From Dictyostelium discoideum (lineage: Eukaryota): a DNA stretch of 64,000 nt. A program made the translations under genes and the position numbers. Of the stretch, positions 56,079 through 64,000 are shown piece by piece. Under the pieces are notes generated by a model that was not told the DNA's origin, searched no databases, and worked only from the letters and a program-made list of their open reading frames with translations. Position 1 is the first letter of the stretch. Each line of letters begins with the position of its first letter. The stretch lies in assembly GCA_000004695.1 (NCBI GenBank), contig CM000154.2, positions 2,592,001-2,656,000 on the forward strand, given 5' to 3'.

Positions 56079-56533
56079 TTTATGTGTGTATATATAAGTA
56101 TTTTTTTTTTTTTTTTTGTTTATTTATTTATTTACAATATTTAATTAAGAATAATAAATGTTAATATTAATTTTTTTTAGAAAAAAAAAAAAAAAAAAAC
56201 CCAAAAAAAAAAAAAAAACCCAAATTTAAAAAAAAAAATAAAAAAAATTAAAAAAAAAAGGGGCCGGGGCCCTTTTAAAAAAAAAAAAAAATTTAAAAAT
56301 AAATTAAAATTAAAAAAAAAAACCCAAATACCCCATTTTTTTTTTTTGAAAACGCCAAAAAATAAAAAAAAAAATAAAATAAAAAATATAGATTTGAGGT
56401 TTACCAGGATTTTTAAATTTGGATTTCTGGAAATATTTGATTAGCAAATGCATCATCATTAATTTCCCAAATAAATATCTTGTAAATTTAATATATGAAG
56501 AAATAAAGAATTACAAAATAGAAGAAGAAGAAG

Positions 56534-56565
<32 letters not shown>

Positions 56566-56606
56566 AAATATAAATTTATATTTCGATAATTATTGAGTGA
56601 ACATAC

Positions 56607-56706
56607 CTAATTTTGGTTGAGAAGTAGCTGAGGCAGCAGTGTTGGTGGTTGAATCTGCTGATGATGGTTGTTGTTGAGTGGTTTGAGCGTTATCCAAAGT
56701 TGCCAT
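56607..56706 (-). CDS. Candidate orphan 5' exon (MATLDNAQTTQQQPSSADSTTNTAASATSQPKL, then a GTATGT donor). The downstream partner exon was not identified because the sequence between is low-quality.
   Basis: A GC-rich ORF starts at ATG 56706 and ends at a canonical GTATGT donor at 56606. The region 56160-56350 downstream is stuttered. Confidence 0.25.
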
Positions 56707-56920
56707 TTTCTGTTGTATAGTTGATTGTGATGGTTAAATATTCTATCTAAAAAAAAAAATTGATGATATTTAAAAAATCTTTTTAAAATCGCTTTCTTAA
56801 TATTTATTATAATTAGTATTTGCTTTAAAAACTATTATTTCTATTACTACTATTATATATTTCTTTTTTTGTGATAATAATTCATAAGGTGTATTTTGTT
56901 TTTGTTTTTTTTTTTTTTTT

Positions 56921-56990
56921 TATTTTTGTTTTTGTTTTTGTTTTTGTTTTTGTTTTTGTTTTTGTTTTTGTTTTTGTTTTTGTTTTTGTT
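56921..56990. repeat. (TTTTTG)n microsatellite of about 11 units, followed at 57020-57110 by a 31-bp tandem repeat x3 (aaaaaaaatgaatgttccttttttttttt)
   Basis: Direct reading of the sequence. Confidence 0.8.
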
Positions 56991-57390
56991 TTTATTAATA
57001 TACAGGTTTTATAAAAGGAAAAAAATGAATGTTCCTTTTTTTTTTTTAAAAAAAAATGAATGTTCCTTTTTTTTTTTTAAAAAAAAATGAATGTTCCTTT
57101 TTTTTTTTTAAAAAAATAAATAGGTTTCTTTTATTATTTTTTTTTGTTTCTTTGTTTTTTTTGGTTTTATTTTTATTTTTATTTTTATTATATTTTATTT
57201 TTATTATATTTTTTACAGTAACCAAGAAAGACAAAAATGATAAATAGAGAAGAAAAAAAAAAAAAAAATAAAAAAATCTTTTTTAAACAGGAGAAAAAAA
57301 TAACAAAAAAAAAAAAAAGAGTTTCAAAAGTGGTCTTTTTTAAACAGGAGAAAAAAATTTGTGTTAATCTTTTTTTTTTGTTTTTTTTAA

Positions 57391-57422
<32 letters not shown>

Positions 57423-57831
57423 TAAAAAATAAAAATTAAAAAAAAATAAAAATAAAACCCTTTTACCTGTTTTATTGTTATTATTATTATTATTTATTTT
57501 ATTTTTATTATTGTTTTTTTATTATAAAATAAATGACCCAATGTTGATATGAACACATAAATTCCCACAATAGATAAAGATTAGATTAAATAGTAACAAT
57601 TAATATAAAAAAGTATTATCCTTTTTTGCATTTACAAGGGGAAGAGGGTGGGTTGGTGCGTGTTATTTCTAAATAGTGGGGTTTTTTTATGACAAACACG
57701 GAGTGTGTTAAATTTAATTTTTTTTTTTTTTTTTTTTTTTTCTCTAAACAACTTTTAAAACCCAAAATATTATAATATTAAAAAAAATAATTGTAAAAAA
57801 GAGTAAACGAAGAAATTTTGTTTTGTTTTGG

Positions 57832-57888
<57 letters not shown>

Positions 57889-58599
57889 TCGATATGATTT
57901 GATTTGATTATGATTTTAATGATGTGAAGGGAAGGAATAGTTTTTAAATATTTTTTAAATATTTTTTTTATAAACATCCAAAAATGGTTAAATAATAAAG
58001 AAAGGAAAAAAATAAAAAAAAAGAAAAATAAAAAATAAAAAATAAAAAAATTTGTGTTGATCTTGTGTATAAATATTTAACTGTTTTTGTGGTAGTACTA
58101 TTATCATATTAATTATTATCGTACTATTATTATTATTATTATTATTATTATTACTACACCTATTTATTTTTATTATTATTATTATTGGCCTGCTATTGAA
58201 TCTTTAAAAATATACTTTTTTTTTTATGTGTTTTTAATAATATATTATTTAATTTTTAAAAAAAAAATATATTTTTTTCTTTTTTTTTTTTTTTTCAAAA
58301 ACTTTCTGTTTGATATATCCTTCTGTTTCAAATCCTTTTTGTAAAAAAAAAAATCCAAAAACTTAATTACAAAGAGATACTAATAAAAGAAAATAAAATT
58401 TCAATTTCAAAACCGAAAAAAAAAAAAAGGAAAAAAAAAAAAAAAAAAGGTTTTTTTTTTTTTTCAAAAAATAAAAAAAAAATAAAAAAAAAAAAAAAAC
58501 ACAAAAAAATTATAAAAAAAAAAAACTCTGATGATGGCACTATTGCTTCCAATAAATTATTTGAATAGTCATGAAAATTGCCATTTTGTCATTTATTTC

Positions 58600-58661
<62 letters not shown>

Positions 58662-58998
58662 CTTTTTTAAACTAAAATTTTGATTTTATTAATTTTTTTT
58701 TTCCAAATTGATTTAAAAAAAAAATAAAATAAAATAAAATAAAAATAATAAAAAATTAAAAAAAAAAATAAAAAAAAAAAAAAAAATTCTGGATAAAAAA
58801 ACCAAATTGTCTATTATTACTCTAAAATCCAACATTTCTTTCCATTATTGATCTCTAATATTTATGAATAAATAAATAAATAAAAAATAAAATAAAATGA
58901 CATATGTCAATAAACTAAATTTAATTATAATTGTTTTTTTTTTTTTTTTTTTTTTAATTGTGTTTTTTTATTATTGAAAAATTGAAAAATTGATTAGT

Positions 58999-59779
58999 TT
59001 ATTTATTTTTTTTTTCATTCATTTTTTGTAGTATAGTTTCACCTAATTTGGCTGGTGAAAAAGTAACTGTAACACCTGCAGCTTTCAAAGCTTCAATTTT
59101 ACTGTTGGCATCACCTTTACCACCACTGATGATGGCACCAGCATGACCCATTCTTCTACCTGGTGGTGCAGAGAGACCAGCGATGAAAGAGACGACTGGT
59201 TTATCGGTTGGATTATCAATTAACCATTGGGCGGCTTCTTCTTCGGCTTCACCACCGATTTCACCAATTAAAATGATACCTTCGGTTTGTGGATCTTGAG
59301 TGAACATCTTTAAACAATCGATAAAGTTTGTTCCATTGAATGGATCACCACCAATACCAATACAAGTTGATTGACCTAAACCAACAGCGGTAGTTTGAGC
59401 GACTGCTTCATAAGTTAATGTACCTGAACGTGAAACGATACCAATCTTACCTGGTTTATGGATGTGACCTGGCATAATACCAATCTTGCATTCACCTGGT
59501 TTAATAATACCTGGACAATTTGGTCCAATTAAACGAGTTTTATTTTGTTTATTAAGTAAATATTTAACCTAAAATAAAATAAATTAAAAAAAAAAATAAA
59601 AAAAAAATTCCAATAATTAAAAAGGAAATTTCATTTCATTTTTTTTTTTTTTGAATAAATTTTGAAATTTGAAATTGAAATTGAATTTGATAAAATTTGA
59701 AATTAAGTTTGTTGTTGAATAAAATATATTTAAGTTGGTTGGTTGATTGATTGGTTGATTGATTGATCGATTCATTTTT

Positions 59780-59822
<43 letters not shown>

Positions 59823-60299
59823 TTAATTAAATTGATCTTCACTTTTTTTTTTTTTGTGTGTTTAATGTTTTTTTTTTTTTTAATAATATATAAATATTTT
59901 ATATATTTTTTTTAAACTTACTTTAACCATATCTTGTTGTGGGATACCTTCAGTGATACAAACTACTAATTCCATTTCAGCATCGATAGCTTCTTTGATA
60001 GCAGCGGCAGCATGTGGTGGTGGTACATAGATGACGGTAGCATTTGCACCTGTGGCTTCTTTTGCTTCTTTGACAGTGTTGAAAACTGGTAAATCTAAAT
60101 GTTTTTGACCACCTTTACCTGGAGATACACCACCAACCATATTGGTACCATATTCGATGGCTTGTTTACTGTGAAAAGTACCTTGATTACCGGTGAAACC
60201 TTGACAGATAACTTTAGTGTGTTTATTGATTAAAACGGATGGTTTGGTTGAGAAAAATCTCTTTCCAAAGTTACGAGCAATCATACCTGCTGAAATCAT
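58999..60299 (-). CDS. scsA: Succinyl-CoA ligase (succinyl-CoA synthetase) alpha subunit, mitochondrial, two exons
   Basis: Exon 1 (60299..59922) reads [65 protein letters not shown]...[14 protein letters not shown]. The intron at 59921..59569 runs GTAAGT...TTTTAG and is 353 bp. Exon 2 (59568..58999) reads [55 protein letters not shown]...[12 protein letters not shown]...*. It is collinear with SCS-alpha (CoA-binding, CoA-ligase and phospho-His loop). Confidence 0.85.
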
Positions 60300-60693
60300 T
60301 TTTCTTTAAATATATAATGAATTTTAAAAATCACTTATTATGAAAAAAAAATAAAAAATTAAAAAAATTTTAAAAAAAAAAAAAAAAAGTTTTTAGAAAA
60401 AAAAAAATAAAAAAAAATAAAAAAAAAAAAATTTAAAAAAATTCCAAAAAAAAAAAAAAAAATCAAAAAAATTAAAAAAATAATAATGAACTATTTATTT
60501 ATTTATTTTTTTATTTTTTTTTGAAATAGATAAAACATTGTTGAGTTGCTTATTCTTGAGATAAATCTCATTAAAATTTTTTTTTTTTTTGTGTGATTTA
60601 TTTTTTTTATTTTTTTTTTTAAAATACATTTTTTTTTTTTTTTTTTTATTTGATCGGGCATTGTTTACAAAATTTTTTTTTTTTTTCCAGATT

Positions 60694-60772
60694 TTATATT
60701 TCCGGTAATTTCTTATTTGAAATAAAAGATGAGGAAATTTTTGGAGTATTTATATTACTATTTGTATTAATT

Positions 60773-60861
<89 letters not shown>

Positions 60862-62757
60862 TGATGAAGTAATCATTGGTATTGGTAAACCTTTAAATCT
60901 TGAAGCATTTCTATCTAACCATTTTTCAATTTTATGAATTCTTTCTTCTGGTGATGGATGAGTTGAAAGGAAATCAACTACCATTGATTGAGATTGAATA
61001 GAGGTTGAAGAGGTAGTACCCATTAAAATTGAATCATTTTTAATTGTATATTGTTGTAGCTTCTTTTGAACACTTAAAGCAGCGTATGGATTATAGTTTG
61101 CTTTTACCATAAATTCCAAACCAATTGCGTCTGCTTCAATCTCTTGAATACGACTATAACGAAGGTTCAATAAATTTGCAGAGAACATTGTTGTAAGATT
61201 TCCAGTGATAGTTTCACCAACCAAACCACGAGTTAACGTTAAAAACATGTATCCCAATTTACTGATACTCAAATGCTCAGCAGCATGACGAGCAACGGCG
61301 TGACCAATCTCGTGAGAGATGACCGAGGCTAACTCATCCTCGCTTTCGCAAATATCGAAAAGTTTTGAAAAAACAAAGATCTTACCATTTGGTAAAACAC
61401 ATGCATTGACAACTTCACTATTGACAACATGACATTCCCACGCCAAATCTGGTCTATCAGTGACATCGATGATACGTTTTGCAACTTCTCTAACTCTATT
61501 TTGAAGGGCATTGTTCTCTGGAAGGAAGTAATCGGATAATTGAGTTTTCATCTCTTCATAACCCATCTCACCAAGATCTTGTTCCTCCTTCTTACTATAA
61601 CTAACGACTCTTGATCTACCAGTGACTGGTGCTTCGTCATGATTCAATGCTAAATAACCACCTGTTGCACTTGCCAATATTAATATTATCAAACTAATTC
61701 TCTTAAATAAACTCATTGATTTCATATGTTTTCTAACTCCACTCATTGCAATTGGTACAAATATTCTTGCAGCCTTTGATAAAATAAACATTTGTGGTGC
61801 ACTACCACTAAAATGTCTAAATTGATCTCCAACTCTATTTGATGTATTTTGTAATAATATTGTTGTTGACATATTAAAATTTCTATTCTTTTTATTAACA
61901 TCATTTGTAGTAGTAGCAGTAGCAGTAGTAGCAGCAGTAGCAGTAGTATAATTTGTATTTGTTGCTGTAGTAGTAGTAGTAGTAGTAGTAGTAGTATTTG
62001 TATTTGTTGAAGTTTCTACATTTTCAATATCTTCATTATTATAATTATTATAATATGGTTTTGAATTAAATCTTAAATTAGAATTACAATATTTTTTAAA
62101 ATCTTTACATTTGAGATCAACTAAATAATAAGAAATCATTGGATTTTGAATGAATTTATAAAAAGTATTCTTTAAAGATAAAAATAATTTTGGATTGCTT
62201 TGATTTTTGTTATCTTTACAACTTTGATTTCTTTGTTGATGTTGACGATAGTAATGTTGATGGTGATGATAATCATATTGTTGTTGTCTACGTTGAGTAT
62301 TATCATTACACTTGTTTGCTCTATTATAATATCTACGATTTGAATGATTATAGAAATGTGATCTAAAATAACTGTGACTTTTATTATGGAAATTGTTATG
62401 CTGAGAAAACCAATAATCTCTAAATCTAAAACCACCAGTATTATTATTATTATTTGTGTTGTTGTTATTGGTGTTACTGTTACTATTGTTGGAAGTGGTA
62501 TTGTTGTAGTTGTTGGTATTATTATTATTAGAGGAGGTATTGTTGGTATTTCTATTTCCATTACAACCACAATTAGTTCGACGATGGCCATAGTGATGAG
62601 AGTATTCATAATTGTGGAAATGTTGTTGCCAATATCTCTTGTGAATTTCCCTCATTTTCTCGTATTCAATATGACGTCTTTCATGGTTTAAAACTAAACG
62701 ATTTACACTCTCTCTAATTGAATTTGAGAATTTAAAAGAAAATATTTTATCTAACAT
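60694..62757 (-). CDS. M48-family zinc metallopeptidase (OMA1-like) with an Asn/Thr-rich N-terminal region and a poly-N C-terminus (687 aa)
   Basis: HEXXH is at 'ASVISHEIGHAVARH', the third zinc ligand and metal-binding motif at 'IQEIEADAIGLEFMVKANYNP', and a transmembrane segment at 'ISLIILILASATGGYLAL'. It is a single ORF. Confidence 0.65.
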
Positions 62758-62799
62758 TTTTATTCTTTGATTTTTTGATTTTTTTCTTTATTTTTTTCT

Positions 62800-62830
<31 letters not shown>

Positions 62831-63751
62831 TTAAAAAAAAAAAATAAAAAATAAAACTCTAATACATAAATTATTTACGTTTTTTTATTATTATTATTTT
62901 ATATTTTATTGTTTTTTTTTATTTTTTTTATTTATATAAAGGGAACAAATAAATTTAAAGCCACGACACGTGACCAAGAATTGAATAAAAAATAAAAAAA
63001 AATAAAAAAAAAAAAAAAACAAAAAAATCAAAAAAAAACATTTTATTTTTTTTTTAAAAATTAAAATTTAAACTAAATTAAAATTAAAAAAAAAAAAAAA
63101 TTTAATAAAATGTAACCTTAAAAAGGTTGACTTTTTTTTATTTTTTTTATAATTTAAAAAAAAACAATAACTTTTTTTTTTTTTGGTGATTTGATTTTAT
63201 TCCATTTTTGGATTCCCTTTTATTTAATATGGTGTTTGATTTGAATTTATTTTCCATAATTGTATTTCCCACATTTCCAAAAAAAAATTATTAAAAGCAA
63301 ACCAAACCCCAATATTTTTAAAATTTGAATAAATATATATTATTACTATTATTACTATTTTTATCTACAATTTTAATTTAATTTATTTTTACAACTACTC
63401 AAAATGTATATGTTGGTTTAAAAAAAATAATTGATTTTACATGAAATTGTGGTGAATGTTTTTGTGATATTGAATTCTTAAAATAATTTTCCTGATTATT
63501 ATTATTTAATAAATTATTTCCCTCTGATATTGAATTTAATTTTTTATTAATTTGATCTAAAAAAAAAAAACAATTTTGTTAAAAAAATATAAATATTGAT
63601 AAAATTAAATTATTATTTTAAATTAAAAGAAATTTACCAAATAACATTTTTTTATTTATTTTTATTTGTTTTAAAAAATTTTTTTTTAATATTTAGTTTT
63701 ATTATTTTATTTTTAATTAAAAATAATAATAGTTAAATTATTTTTTTTTAA

Positions 63752-63805
<54 letters not shown>

Positions 63806-64000
63806 TAATCATTATTAAGCTTTATAGACAAGTATTGTAATAATTTAAATTCAAACAATTATTTAAAAACATTTATTCAAAGGAAAAAAGGATAAAATTA
63901 GATTTGTTTTTTAAAAATTGATTTTTCATTTTCGTAAAATTAAATAAAAAAAAAATTAATAAATAAATTAAAAAAAAACAATTTTTACAAAATATTTTAA

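Noticed and set aside
63400-63560. Open minus-strand frame (DQINKKLNSISEGNNLLNNNNQENYFKNSISQKHSPQF)
   Set aside because: It is short with no start, splice sites or motif, and is compatible with chance in Asn-rich DNA. It is noted only as a possible exon.

Overview
The window looks like AT-rich nuclear DNA of a dictyostelid (Dictyostelium discoideum-like). Evidence: about 75-80% A+T, long homopolymer tracts, poly-Asn/Gln/Thr coding repeats, and short AT-rich introns with GTAAGT or GTATGT donors and AG acceptors. Four runs of N (3780-3889, 27712-27810, 37483-37582, 52145-52244) and two blocks of homopolymer-stuttered sequence (about 37040-38050 and about 56160-56350) mark assembly problems.

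Content in order:
- 1-677: 5' part of a type-1 glutamine-synthetase-like gene, minus strand.
- 1624-1696: tRNA-Arg(UCU), minus strand.
- 1743-5663: composite TRE5-A-like non-LTR retrotransposon block, starting 48 bp upstream of the tRNA and flanked by a 15-bp target-site duplication.
- 6434-7534: secreted hypothetical protein.
- A family of large Asn-rich proteins (about 1300 aa): full genes at 8672-12589 and 24735-28714, a fragment at 18884-19114, and a promoter plus first-codons copy at 14566-14688.
- 12715-14297: SET+MYND (SMYD-like) gene.
- 14300-20300: a rearranged stretch of gene fragments, including a YqaJ-like exonuclease fragment, a deoxynucleoside-kinase C-terminal fragment, a composite frameshifted ORF (GIY-YIG-like motif, NQ repeats, Gly/Ala repeats), and an SNF2/ISWI fragment with a premature stop.
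- 20450-22759: ricin-B-lectin-domain protein, with a duplicated C-terminal fragment at 24286-24615.
- 29152-29990: FNIP-repeat gene.
- 30270-32476: three-exon HTTM (vitamin-K gamma-carboxylase-like) membrane protein.
- 33515-39367: FERM + RNI-type LRR gene.
- 39994-40460 and 41494-41932: two mosaic-conserved repeats of about 450 bp.
- 42493-44101: DRG1-like GTPase, four exons.
- 45678-48602: N2227 / carnosine-N-methyltransferase-like gene with a huge poly-N / poly-Q(H) insert, five exons.
- 49022-51751: R2R3 Myb protein.
- 52245-52380: pUC-polylinker-like vector remnant beside a truncated mitochondrial-carrier exon.
- 54115-56078: La-related protein.
- 58999-60299: succinyl-CoA ligase alpha.
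- 60694-62757: M48 / OMA1-like metallopeptidase.

Every functional call comes from reading the translations for motifs. No database search was possible.
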